Notes: generated from the sequence alone by a model not told the origin. DNA of 64,000 nt from a virus (IMGVR_UViG_3300031760_000006:27127-91126), one strand, 5' to 3'; positions 31,440 to 41,170 are shown, numbered from the stretch's first letter. Program-made: numbers and translations.

Positions 31440-32345
31440 ATGAGAATTACTGCAATCATAAATAACAGTATTACTGTTTATTTAACTGAATTTTCAGCAA
31501 CAAGATTCAATTCTGATTCCAATCTGAAGATTCAGTCATCTGACTTATCTTATGTTAAAGACATTTTTGAGAATATTGAAAAATTAGAGGTCTTTTACGG
31601 AGAATCAAAAGTAGCCGAATATACGGAATATGATGGTTACTCTTCCATCCAATATCTTGGCAAGGTCTTTTGCGAGTCTGAGCAAAGATTTGTGGAGTGT
31701 TTACAGATTACTCTGACTAAGACTAGTTTAATTGAACAGGTAAATCGAATTGAGAGAAAGATTGATAATGCTATAGATTTTGATGCCATGACTATGGAGG
31801 AGTATAAGCAGTATTTGTTGGATGATATTTCGGCGAAGGGTGAAGCGGAGATATTTGCAGGAACTGGGGTTACGTTGAGTGATGGGACGAGTGAGGTGTT
31901 TACTTATAATCTAAGCGACCAGAGTAATTTAAATTCGGCGATTTTCTTGGCTGAAAAGCTTGATGACCTTACTATGTCCTATCCATATCATAGCACAGGT
32001 CAAAGATGCCGCCTTTTCCCCGTTATTGATATTTTAACAATTTATATGAATTTAAAAATGATGGCTGTAGAGGTACAGACAAGGGTTAATATGCTGAAGA
32101 ATTACATCAGAACAATTAATGACAAAGAGACATTAATGACTATCACATATAATACTCCTTTACCCGGAGAATTCAAAGCAGCTTATGATGAGATTATGGT
32201 AGCATCTATCCAGATTATGGAAGACTTAAAACACAAATACTTCCCAGAGGATGAAATGCCAGCAGACCCAGATTTTATAAATCCAACAGAACCGACCGAA
32301 GAGCCAACAGAACCGACTGAAGAACCGACAGAGCCGACAGAATAA
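31440..32345 (+). CDS. Hypothetical protein, possibly a tail fibre assembly/chaperone; C-terminal PTE repeats
   Basis: Position after the fibre genes; PTEPTEEPTEPTEEPTEPTE tail encoded by ~21-nt repeats at 32282-32343. Confidence 0.4.
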   Translation: MRITAIINNSITVYLTEFSATRFNSDSNLKIQSSDLSYVKDIFENIEKLEVFYGESKVAEYTEYDGYSSIQYLGKVFCESEQRFVECLQITLTKTSLIEQVNRIERKIDNAIDFDAMTMEEYKQYLLDDISAKGEAEIFAGTGVTLSDGTSEVFTYNLSDQSNLNSAIFLAEKLDDLTMSYPYHSTGQRCRLFPVIDILTIYMNLKMMAVEVQTRVNMLKNYIRTINDKETLMTITYNTPLPGEFKAAYDEIMVASIQIMEDLKHKYFPEDEMPADPDFINPTEPTEEPTEPTEEPTEPTE

Positions 32346-32366
32346 ATTAAATAAGGCGGTGAACAT

Positions 32367-32819
32367 ATGAAAAACGCCAAAGAAATAACTCTTAAATATC
32401 TATTCATCGGCTCTTTCAGTGCTTTTATCTACTGTTCCATCGAACTAATTTTCCGCAATAGGACTCATTGGTTAATGGGGTTACTTGCTTTTATAGTCGG
32501 TCTCATTCTCTCAGTTATTAATGACGAAATTCTAGAATACGATGATTATTATGAAGTACAGGTACTATTCGGCACATTAGTCTGCATCCTGTTTGAAGGA
32601 TTATTTGGAATGATTTTCAATTATGATTATCAGATATGGGATTACAGAAACACATTCGGTTCTTTTTTCAATAACCAATTAAATTTAATATTCTGTGGGG
32701 CATGGATGCTAATTACCGCTTTTGGTATACCATTGCTTGATTGGGTACAGTATAAACTGAAATTAGCACCAAAACCTTACTATAGATTTTGGATTTTAGA
32801 AACTTTAAAAAAACATTAG
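32367..32819 (+). CDS. Multi-pass membrane protein resembling the CmpB/PF06541 putative ABC-permease family
   Basis: IELIFRNRTHW.M, EGLFGMIFN..IWDYRN, NQLNLIF..W motifs; about 4 hydrophobic helices. Confidence 0.55.
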   Translation: MKNAKEITLKYLFIGSFSAFIYCSIELIFRNRTHWLMGLLAFIVGLILSVINDEILEYDDYYEVQVLFGTLVCILFEGLFGMIFNYDYQIWDYRNTFGSFFNNQLNLIFCGAWMLITAFGIPLLDWVQYKLKLAPKPYYRFWILETLKKH

Positions 32820-32864
32820 ACATTCTTACTGATGTAAGAAACGAATAAAAGGAAGGAAAAAATT

Positions 32865-33347
32865 ATGGCAAAGAAAAATATCATGACAATTCAGGCAGTT
32901 AATTTTATGGCTTACTACAACAGAGAAGAAACAAAAACTCGCTTCTCTTCTCTCCCGCTGAAAATCCAGTGGACACTTCGTAAAAACGCAAAGGAACTTG
33001 ATAAGTGTGCAAAGGATTTTGACGAATTCCGCAACGACTTAATCACCAAACGTAATGAAGATTGGTTTGTTGAAGGCAATGGCAAGTGCGAGAAGTATAC
33101 GCAGAAAAACGCAGATGGTGAAGATGTCGAGATGCTCAGAATCACTGAGGAATATATGGACGAATACAAGAAGTATGAAGACGATTTGAATTCTCAGCTT
33201 GAAGAAATCCTGCGTGAAATGAATGAGATTACTTACACTCCTATTGACCTTGATGATTTTGTGGAAAAAGCTGAAGGAACTGACATCACAATGGATGATG
33301 TTGACATGATTAGTATGTTTGAAAAAGAAGAAAAAGAAGATGAGTAA
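32865..33347 (+). CDS. Hypothetical acidic protein
   Basis: 160-aa ORF with RBS aaggaagg. Confidence 0.6.
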   Translation: MAKKNIMTIQAVNFMAYYNREETKTRFSSLPLKIQWTLRKNAKELDKCAKDFDEFRNDLITKRNEDWFVEGNGKCEKYTQKNADGEDVEMLRITEEYMDEYKKYEDDLNSQLEEILREMNEITYTPIDLDDFVEKAEGTDITMDDVDMISMFEKEEKEDE

Positions 33348-33384
33348 GCTCTCTTCTTTTTAGAAGGGAGATGACTTATAACTT

Positions 33385-36300
33385 ATGGCTTATTTAGGTA
33401 ATACTTTAATAAACGGAAGTTTACGATGTCTGAATAAAGCTTATTTTAATGATTTGAGTATTGGTAGCGATGTCGAGATTTTAGGGAAGACTACTACGAA
33501 TCAGTTGTTGGTTAATTCAAGTAATAATCCCAGCAGTTTAAGTTCGACCAATTCTAGTACTGGAAATATTCCTGTTATTATTGGCAATCCCACTGGCAGA
33601 CATATTGCTATAGATGCGGATGAAATTGCTGGGAAAAAAGGCGTAACATCTGTTGATAGTTTATGGATTAATTACGGTGGTGGAACTGTATATTTAAGTA
33701 CTGGTTCTCAAGTTTATGCAGATAACGGAACGCTTTATGCACCAAGACTTGGAACAAGCACTAAATATATTCCAAACGCTTATATCACTACCTTAACTTC
33801 AACCACAAGTAATGTAACCACATTAAACGCCTCTACTGGGACAGTACAAGATTTAGAAGTTAAAAATGTTTTAAAATCCTTCAAATGGGATATTTCCAAT
33901 GTAGCAAATTTAGCAAATGATTTTATGGTCGCTCCGACTATTGAAATTGCAACTGATGGAAAAGTATCAGTTTCTAAAAGTGGCTCTGATTATATTTTTA
34001 CATTTGCTGATAGTAATACGATTACATCTGATGAATTTGCTGGCTGTAAATGGCTTGATGGTAGTAAAGTCAGATTTACCACGAAAATTAACGACAAATT
34101 ATTTTCTGATGTTTACGGAACTGTAACTGGTAATATGAACACAAATTCTGGTAGGTTGGCGGTAAAAACATCACTAACTGAGGACGATTTAACTGGAGTT
34201 ACTCTAAACCATCCTTACGATGCGGTTGGCTCAACGATTATGTTATACGCCATCACTAAAACAGGTGATACAAATATATATCCAGTTGGCATTCATATGA
34301 CAGCTTATGGCACTAATAATTCTTATTACATTGATATGTATGGTGGGAATTCTCCGTCAAGTAGCGGCACTCCTGCACAGCCTGTTTTTAGGATTGGTAA
34401 CTTAAAAGGAATTACTTATAATGGTCAGACTTTTCAAGAAGCAAAATGGGGCGTTTACACCTGTAACGGTTATTTTGAAGGTGCTGTTGTTGCCAAAGAA
34501 GGTAAAATCGGTGAGTGGATAATTGATTCAAAAAAAATCTACACAGGCACTTGGGGAAGTAATAATAGTGCAATGATGAGTCCCGGTACGACATCTACTG
34601 ATGGTAATAAATCAATTGGTGGTTCTGACTCTATAAGCGGTTGGACATTTACATCAGGTGCTAATTTTGGAGTTAATAAAGATGGTTCTTTATATGCTAA
34701 CAAGGGTAAAATTGGTAATTGGACTATTGAGACAGATAGACTTCATATCGGTGATATTGGCGATACTACAAGTGTTGTATTAAGTACTGGAGTTACATCT
34801 ACTACGGATATTGGTGGTTCTGGCACAAGAACTTCTGAAAATGCTCTTACATGGGTATTTACTGCTGGAAATAAGTTTGGTGTAACTAATAATGGCGTTT
34901 TATATGCTAATGATGTTAATGTAACAGGTGCTGTCAATGCATCTACTCTTCATGTTGGAAATTCTAGTTCTACCAATCATTTGATTTATGAGAATAATGC
35001 AATTGATTTGGAAACAGATTGGCTAAGATTTGATAAAGATACAAGTTCTGTAATCATTGGAAAAAATAGAAATCCAAAAGTAGTAATAGATGGTAAAAAT
35101 TTTTACATGAGAAATACATTTGATGATAATTATTTTAATATTGGTGACCACCGGGTTGATGGATTATATAGTTTTACATCTCGATACCCAGATGTACTAA
35201 TAGGCGAAGAGGGGGACGATGATAACGGTAATTATGTGTCTTTAACTCGTGGTTACTTAAAAAAATACGGACTTACTATATTAGATTCTGAAAATAAAAA
35301 CACTCCTATCCCTATTAATAAAGTAACATCAGGTTGTTGTTATAGTAACGAAATTGTACCTGGCAAAAAATATTTTGCAATTTATACTACTGATTCACCA
35401 ATGTATAGTATGCAATTTATTAATAGTAATAAAAATATTGGCGTTAATGCTGTTTCTTTTTCTGTTACTGGGGTAGCGTCTGGAAAAGGAGCTTTTAATA
35501 TAGGAGAACAAACAAAAGCAACAGGAGCATATTCTTTTGCTGAAGGATACTTTTGTGAGGCAACCAACATATACACTCATGTCGAAGGATATTTTTCTCA
35601 TGCAAACGGATTGTACTCTCATGCTGAAGGAAGTTCTACTGCGAACGGAGAATGTTCTCATTCCGAAGGACATTCTTGGGCAAATGGGGTGCGTTCTCAT
35701 GGTGAAGGATATGTTTGTTTTGCAGACGGTGATTATTCTCATGCAGAGGGAAAAGCAAGTAGCACTCGAGGTGAAGCTTCTCATGCAGAAGGGTGGTCAA
35801 CTAGTGCATATGGTGATTATTCTCATGCCGAAGGAATAGGATGCTATGCTCGTGGCGAAGGCTCTCATGCTGAAGGATACCGTTGTGAGGCAAATGGGAA
35901 ATATTCTCATGCGGGTGGAATATACACATTCGCAAGTAGAGATTATCAAACTGTAATTGGAAAACGTAATAAAAAAACAATAACAGTAGTACCCCCTACT
36001 TATTGCAATACTACGATTCTGTGTGAAGATGATTTGTTATGTAGTGAAGACGGAAATGATTATGTTTCAGATTCTGGTGACTATGCTTTTATAATTGGTA
36101 ATGGTGACCCTAATTATTTAAATTTGAATTCAAACGCTTTAACTGTTGATTGGGATGGCAATTTATGGTGTGCTGGTAAAGTAAATGATGTTGATTTACA
36201 TTGCATAAGTACAGAAGGAACTTTAGCATCATCTAATTATCAGACGGCAATTGGTAAATATAATATTGAAGATACTAATAATACTTATGCTTTAATAATT

Positions 36301-36936
36301 GGTAATGGTACGGATGAAGATAATCGTTCTAACGCTTTAACTGTTGATTGGAATGGGAATATAAAAATATATAATCCAAATCTTACTGTTGGAACAACTC
36401 CAAGTTCTAATAATAACAATATGGCATTATATCTTGGAGATAAAAACGGCAATAGAATGGGCTGTGTTGCCTATAATTATAGTACAAGCGGAGATATTGG
36501 TATCATATTGCAAGGATATCGCAATGTTAATAACACTAATTATTACAATACTTTAAATTTGTCGGTTGGTACAAGTGGCGGTTATAAAGTAACAGTTTCT
36601 GCTCCTGCGGCATGGAGAAGTGCCTTAGGGCTTGGAAATATTTTAGACTTATTTAGAGTTACTTCTTTTAAAAAGACAAATGTTTCTATCAATGCAAATG
36701 GAACTGCGACAGCAGCAGTCCCAATTACTATACCGTCTGGCTTTACTGCGGTTTGTATTGTAAATGCTAGATGTGATGTTACCGATACAACATCTGGTAC
36801 TAATTATGCTAATTGTTTTGTATATAACAGTTGGATTTCTGGCACAACCGCAAATGTCTCTATTAAAAATGTAGGTTCAAGTGCAGCCAAGGTTACTGCT
36901 TGGGCTTATATTCTTTTTGATAGGAATACATTATAA
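33385..36936 (+). CDS. Tail fibre/adhesin with YadA-head-like SHAEG repeats
   Basis: About ten 13-14-aa (S/T)H(A/V/S/G)EG repeats at ~35500-35930; duplicated YA(F/L)IIGNG..SNALTVDW.GN; duplicated GKIG.W.I blocks. Confidence 0.75.
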   Translation: MAYLGNTLINGSLRCLNKAYFNDLSIGSDVEILGKTTTNQLLVNSSNNPSSLSSTNSSTGNIPVIIGNPTGRHIAIDADEIAGKKGVTSVDSLWINYGGGTVYLSTGSQVYADNGTLYAPRLGTSTKYIPNAYITTLTSTTSNVTTLNASTGTVQDLEVKNVLKSFKWDISNVANLANDFMVAPTIEIATDGKVSVSKSGSDYIFTFADSNTITSDEFAGCKWLDGSKVRFTTKINDKLFSDVYGTVTGNMNTNSGRLAVKTSLTEDDLTGVTLNHPYDAVGSTIMLYAITKTGDTNIYPVGIHMTAYGTNNSYYIDMYGGNSPSSSGTPAQPVFRIGNLKGITYNGQTFQEAKWGVYTCNGYFEGAVVAKEGKIGEWIIDSKKIYTGTWGSNNSAMMSPGTTSTDGNKSIGGSDSISGWTFTSGANFGVNKDGSLYANKGKIGNWTIETDRLHIGDIGDTTSVVLSTGVTSTTDIGGSGTRTSENALTWVFTAGNKFGVTNNGVLYANDVNVTGAVNASTLHVGNSSSTNHLIYENNAIDLETDWLRFDKDTSSVIIGKNRNPKVVIDGKNFYMRNTFDDNYFNIGDHRVDGLYSFTSRYPDVLIGEEGDDDNGNYVSLTRGYLKKYGLTILDSENKNTPIPINKVTSGCCYSNEIVPGKKYFAIYTTDSPMYSMQFINSNKNIGVNAVSFSVTGVASGKGAFNIGEQTKATGAYSFAEGYFCEATNIYTHVEGYFSHANGLYSHAEGSSTANGECSHSEGHSWANGVRSHGEGYVCFADGDYSHAEGKASSTRGEASHAEGWSTSAYGDYSHAEGIGCYARGEGSHAEGYRCEANGKYSHAGGIYTFASRDYQTVIGKRNKKTITVVPPTYCNTTILCEDDLLCSEDGNDYVSDSGDYAFIIGNGDPNYLNLNSNALTVDWDGNLWCAGKVNDVDLHCISTEGTLASSNYQTAIGKYNIEDTNNTYALIIGNGTDEDNRSNALTVDWNGNIKIYNPNLTVGTTPSSNNNNMALYLGDKNGNRMGCVAYNYSTSGDIGIILQGYRNVNNTNYYNTLNLSVGTSGGYKVTVSAPAAWRSALGLGNILDLFRVTSFKKTNVSINANGTATAAVPITIPSGFTAVCIVNARCDVTDTTSGTNYANCFVYNSWISGTTANVSIKNVGSSAAKVTAWAYILFDRNTL

Positions 36937-36966
36937 ATGATTTATACGATATTAATTAATGTTGAT

Positions 36967-37000
36967 AAAATTATTCGCAATATTATCTGCGGATAATTTT
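36967..37000 (+). terminator. Hairpin downstream of the fibre gene
   Basis: aaaattattcgc / gcggataatttt inverted repeat; no clear U-tract. Confidence 0.4.
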
Positions 37001-37114
37001 ATATAAATAGGAGTAAAAGGAAAAAGGATTCAAAGGAAAAGGACTAAAAGGAACTCATGCATGAGTAGTTAGTTTTAACACTTAATCTTTTACTTATGAA
37101 AGGAGACTTTTTCT

Positions 37115-37870
37115 ATGGGAATTTCTACTTCTGATATGTCCGCTGCTGATATCGCTGCTGTAACAGGTAATAATGGTGGATTTGGCAACGGTGACGGTGC
37201 TTGGTGGATTATCATTCTCTTCCTATTTGCTCTGATGGGTAACAATTGGGGAAATGGTAACGGTCAAGGCGGTTACGGTTATGGTTATGGTGTTCAGCAA
37301 GGTTTTGACCAAGCCGCAGTTATGAGTGGAATTAACGGATTAACCGCCGCTGTAACTAATGGTTTTGGCAACGCAGAAGTGTCTAGATGTAATGCTCAAG
37401 CAAACATCCTTCAGACTCTGAACAATAATCAGAATGCAAATACAAATGCATTAAATGCTTTAGGTCTTGCAATTGGTAATGGTTTTGCCGCTCAACAATT
37501 ACAGACTTGTCAGCTTGGTAATCAGATTGCAACAGAAGCTTGTGCAGACAGAAATGCTATTAACGATGCACTGCGTGATGTTATTGAGAATAACAATGCA
37601 GGTGTTCAAAGAATTCTTGACACAATGTATCAGGACAAACTGGATGCTAAGAATGAAAGAATTCAAGAACTTCAGCAACAGCTTACAATGGCAAATCTTT
37701 CTGCATCTCAGAATCAGCAGACGGCACAGATTATGGCAGATAATGCGGCTCAAACATTCGCATTAGAACAGTACTTAAATCCTACTCCTGTTCCTGCCTA
37801 TGTAGTTCCCAATCCAAATTGTTGCGGCAACAATTTTAATAACGGATGCGGTTGTAACACTTCTTTCTAA
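37115..37870 (+). CDS. Gly/Asn/Gln-rich protein with one TM-like segment, coiled coil and Cys-rich tail (cassette gene A)
   Basis: GNNGGFGNGDGAWWIIILFLFALMG; DKLDAKNERIQELQQQL; NPNCCG..GCGC; RBS aaggag. Confidence 0.8.
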   Translation: MGISTSDMSAADIAAVTGNNGGFGNGDGAWWIIILFLFALMGNNWGNGNGQGGYGYGYGVQQGFDQAAVMSGINGLTAAVTNGFGNAEVSRCNAQANILQTLNNNQNANTNALNALGLAIGNGFAAQQLQTCQLGNQIATEACADRNAINDALRDVIENNNAGVQRILDTMYQDKLDAKNERIQELQQQLTMANLSASQNQQTAQIMADNAAQTFALEQYLNPTPVPAYVVPNPNCCGNNFNNGCGCNTSF

Positions 37871-37896
37871 GATAGTTTCATATTGTATTTATTCAT

Positions 37897-37926
37897 AGGA
37901 GGGTGTTTTAGGACACTCTCCTTTTA
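37897..37926 (+). terminator. Terminator/attenuator between cassette genes A and B
   Basis: aggagggtgtt / gacactctcct stem followed by ttt. Confidence 0.6.
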
Positions 37927-37965
37927 CATTGTCGAAAGATTTTGAAATAAAAGAAAGGAGAAATT

Positions 37966-38400
37966 ATGGCTGAATCTGTAGCAAATGCTTTACAAAGCGT
38001 AGATGCAAATCAAAATATTATTTTTACTGATGATGTGATTACTTGTAATCGTGGAAATATTTTACATCGTGGTGGTAGTGGACAGTTCCTGTTAAGAGGT
38101 AATGTAGCTAATCCAACAGGGTGCTTTGCAAGATACTTCGTTATCTGTGGAGCAAATATTGCCATTCCTACTGGCGGTACTGTAGAACCTATCTCTTTGT
38201 CTATTTCTATTAACGGAGAAGCAATTCCAACTTCTAAAGGTATTGTAACCCCGGCGGCAGTTGGTGATTTTTGGAATGTTAACGAGTTCGCTTATGTAAC
38301 AGTGCCAAGAGGGTGTTGTTTCACAATAGGCGTACAAAATTCCAGCGGTCAAACGATTGAAGTTCAAAACGCAAACATCGTTATCAATAGAGTAGCATAA
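37966..38400 (+). CDS. Small all-beta protein, possibly BclA-CTD/jelly-roll-like (cassette gene B)
   Basis: 144 aa, alternating beta pattern, PRGCC motif, strong RBS. Confidence 0.7.
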   Translation: MAESVANALQSVDANQNIIFTDDVITCNRGNILHRGGSGQFLLRGNVANPTGCFARYFVICGANIAIPTGGTVEPISLSISINGEAIPTSKGIVTPAAVGDFWNVNEFAYVTVPRGCCFTIGVQNSSGQTIEVQNANIVINRVA

Positions 38401-38409
38401 GGAGGTATT

Positions 38410-38835
38410 ATGGACGCATTATATTGTTTAAGGGATATGCTTCATACAGAGCTTGAAAATGTAGTAAATAGTTCTCAGGGCAATATCCCACTTGATATTG
38501 TTGATAAAATCACTCATTCTTTAAAGTCTGTTGAAACTATCATTGCTATGAAAGAAGGCAATGAATATAAAAATAATAATTATGCTAATAATAACTATAA
38601 TAGTTATAGTAATGGTAGTTATGGCAATCAGAGTTATGGTGGGTATATGCCCGCTTCTTATGCTAATGCAGGAAGAAACTATAACAACCGATATAACAAC
38701 TATCGTATGGGTAGAAGCTATGGCAACGGCAAAGAAGAGATGATGAATGAATTGCATGAGATGATGAACGAAGCTAAGTCTGAACAAGAGAAACAGGCTT
38801 TCCAACAGTTTATTAATCAAATGCAAAATATGTAG
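38410..38835 (+). CDS. Helical protein with an N/Y/G/S-rich low-complexity centre (cassette gene C)
   Basis: NNNYANNNYNSYSNGSYGNQSYGGY..NYNNRYNNY; RBS aaggagg. Confidence 0.75.
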   Translation: MDALYCLRDMLHTELENVVNSSQGNIPLDIVDKITHSLKSVETIIAMKEGNEYKNNNYANNNYNSYSNGSYGNQSYGGYMPASYANAGRNYNNRYNNYRMGRSYGNGKEEMMNELHEMMNEAKSEQEKQAFQQFINQMQNM

Positions 38836-38845
38836 TAAATAACAC

Positions 38846-38878
38846 AAGGGCTATCACTTAATTGTGGTAGCCCTTTTT
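38846..38878 (+). terminator. Intrinsic terminator
   Basis: aagggctatcac / gtggtagccctt stem followed by ttt. Confidence 0.75.
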
Positions 38879-38897
38879 GAAGAAAAGGAGAAAATAT

Positions 38898-39362
38898 ATG
38901 GCTTATACAAGAACAACGTGGGTTACCAATCAAACCCCACTATCTGCTGATAATATGAATAATATTGAAGATGGAATTGAAGAAACAAAAACTGTTATTG
39001 GGAATGTTGGTTATACCAATGTTTCGGAAAATACTTCTTCAACATCTGTTTCTGCTAATAGTTACGCAACAATAGCTACTCTTAGTCTTCCCGCTGGCAT
39101 TTATGTGATAACTGGTCATGTTAAATTTGCATCAATTCCTGCAAATAGAATTATAATTGGTGTTGGCACATCAGCATCTCCTAGTGACAGCACGGATGGT
39201 ACAATTAGCCATTATTCCAATACTGCACTAAGTTCAACAATGGGTTTGCAAACGTCAGCAATTATTACTTTAAGCGATACTAGTACTGTATATCTTTCTG
39301 CGTATTCTGGTGCGGCAGTTACTGTGAATTCTGGCATATTAAGAGCAGTACGAATCAAATAA
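38898..39362 (+). CDS. Short fibre/decoration-like protein (likely start MAYTRTTW at 38898)
   Basis: RBS aaggag directly before the ATG at 38898; TPLSADNMNNIEDGIE fibre N-terminus; C1q/BclA-like beta C-terminus. Confidence 0.55.
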   Translation: MAYTRTTWVTNQTPLSADNMNNIEDGIEETKTVIGNVGYTNVSENTSSTSVSANSYATIATLSLPAGIYVITGHVKFASIPANRIIIGVGTSASPSDSTDGTISHYSNTALSSTMGLQTSAIITLSDTSTVYLSAYSGAAVTVNSGILRAVRIK

Positions 39363-39385
39363 ATAAAAAAGAAAGAAGGAAATTC

Positions 39386-39787
39386 ATGATTACTTATCAA
39401 ACTCCTTCAAGATACGTTTATTTCAATCCCAATCCAAAGAACAACCATGACAGCGGAGACTGTGTTATTCGTGCTATCTCTAAAGTTGTGGACAAAGATT
39501 GGGATTCTGTTTATTTAGGCATCACTATGCAAGGATTCATTGATAAGATGATGCCTAGCTTAAATCCCGTTTGGGATAGTTACTTACAAAACAATGGCTT
39601 TAAAAAGCAATCTCTTCCAGATTGTCCAAACTGTATTACTGTAGACGAGTTTGCCGCACAATTTCCTAATGGCAGATATATATTGGCTACTGGTAATCAT
39701 GCGGTAGCAGTTGTAGACGGCAAATATTACGATTCATGGGACAGCGGTAATGAGATTGCAATTTATTATTTTAAGGAGAGTGATTAA
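39386..39787 (+). CDS. Putative papain-fold Cys-His-Asp enzyme (peptidase or transglutaminase-like) (cassette gene D)
   Basis: GDCVIRAIS (Cys), GNHAVAVVDG (His), YYDSWDS (Asp). Confidence 0.55.
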   Translation: MITYQTPSRYVYFNPNPKNNHDSGDCVIRAISKVVDKDWDSVYLGITMQGFIDKMMPSLNPVWDSYLQNNGFKKQSLPDCPNCITVDEFAAQFPNGRYILATGNHAVAVVDGKYYDSWDSGNEIAIYYFKESD

Positions 39788-40297
39788 ATGGCGTTTAATT
39801 ATAATCCCAATCAAAATTTTGTATATAATCAAGGACTGCAACAGCCGAATCCTAATTGGTATTATCAACCTACTTATTCTGGCGGCTATGTATATAACAC
39901 AACCACGAATCCTGCGACTGTTCCTGCGAACGCTCCAACAAACACTCCAACGAATACTCCATCTACTAATCCACAAGACAATAGTATCAATTGGGTACAA
40001 GGTGAAGCTGGTGCAAAATCCTATCCTGTTGCTCCAAGTCAGAGCGTTATGCTGATGGATTCTGAAAGTGAAGTGTTTTATATCAAAACTGTAGATGCTT
40101 CAGGTATGCCACTTCCTCTCCGCATTTTTGATTACAAGGAAAGAAAAGAAAATGAGAAAAAGGTAGAAGAAGTCTCCCAAATAGATATGAGCGAATATAT
40201 CACTCGTGAAGAGTTTGAGAAACGTATAAACGGAATAAACAATTCAAGGAAGGGAAGGAATAATAATGGCAAATCCTCTGTTCAATCTGCTGAATAA
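39788..40297 (+). CDS. Protein with an N/Q/Y/P-rich N-terminus and a small conserved-looking domain (cassette gene E)
   Basis: FNYNPNQNFVYNQGLQQPNPNWYYQP; INWVQGEAGAKSYPVAP..LMDSE..FYIKTVDASGMP. Confidence 0.75.
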   Translation: MAFNYNPNQNFVYNQGLQQPNPNWYYQPTYSGGYVYNTTTNPATVPANAPTNTPTNTPSTNPQDNSINWVQGEAGAKSYPVAPSQSVMLMDSESEVFYIKTVDASGMPLPLRIFDYKERKENEKKVEEVSQIDMSEYITREEFEKRINGINNSRKGRNNNGKSSVQSAE

Positions 40298-40526
40298 TGG
40301 AATGATGAATAATATGGGTGGCAATGGGTTTGGCAATAATGGATTTGGTGGTTTTGGAAACCTTACGAATCTTATATCCCAATTTAACAATTTTAAGCAG
40401 AATTTTCAAGGCGACCCAAAACAGCAAGTACAAAACATGATTAATTCTGGGCAAATGAGTCAAAGCCAGTTTAATCAACTTGCTCAATTGGCTACCCAGT
40501 TTCAAAATCTGCTAAGAAGAAACTGA
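40266..40526 (+). CDS. N/G/Q/F/M-rich small protein (cassette gene F)
   Basis: NNGMMNNMGGNGFGNNGFGGFG..GDPKQQVQNMINSGQMSQSQFNQL; overlaps gene E. Confidence 0.75.
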   Translation: MANPLFNLLNNGMMNNMGGNGFGNNGFGGFGNLTNLISQFNNFKQNFQGDPKQQVQNMINSGQMSQSQFNQLAQLATQFQNLLRRN

Positions 40527-40543
40527 AGAAAGGGGCGAAATAT

Positions 40544-41134
40544 ATGGCAATTCTTGAGAAAAAGAAAACGGACTCTAAATTAAAACCGTTGAAGATTCAT
40601 GTCCTCAGAAATGATAATGTAAAGCTTTGGATTACTTTGTACAATCAGAAATATCATTCTGTTGACTTTATCAAGAATCACGGATGTTCTATTTTATCGG
40701 CATCTTATCTGTGTCAGTACTTAGGACACAAAGCCACACCCACAAAAGTTTACAAGAAAGCTAAAAAATATGTTAAAGGCTCTGGATGTAAGCTTGCAAT
40801 GGGCGGTGTAAAGCAAATCGTTGACAAAATCTGCGGTGGCAATCATACGAAAGCTTACGCAGTAACCAAAAAAAACATCGACAGCATTATGAAGATTATT
40901 GATGACACAATTAATAAAAACGGTATCGTATCTGTTGAGGAGAAAAGTCCTATCCACACTGTAACTGTGGTAGGCAAGGACACAAAAGGGAATTATTTAG
41001 TTGCTAATTATGGAAAGATTCAGACATACAGCAAGGCGAAACTTAAAAAGAAATTGAATCGTGGAAATGGCAAGTTGAGCAAATGGTTCTCTAGTTCAGA
41101 TAAAGATGCGGGAATCGTTGTTTGTCTTGTCTAA
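40544..41134 (+). CDS. C39-like cysteine peptidase, possible accessory lysin
   Basis: HGCSILS (Cys), PIHTVTVVG (His), LVANYG (Asn); basic protein; adjacent to the lysis genes. Confidence 0.5.
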   Translation: MAILEKKKTDSKLKPLKIHVLRNDNVKLWITLYNQKYHSVDFIKNHGCSILSASYLCQYLGHKATPTKVYKKAKKYVKGSGCKLAMGGVKQIVDKICGGNHTKAYAVTKKNIDSIMKIIDDTINKNGIVSVEEKSPIHTVTVVGKDTKGNYLVANYGKIQTYSKAKLKKKLNRGNGKLSKWFSSSDKDAGIVVCLV

Positions 41135-41170
41135 TCTGCGATTTCATCGTAGAAAGGACGGGACGTTAAA

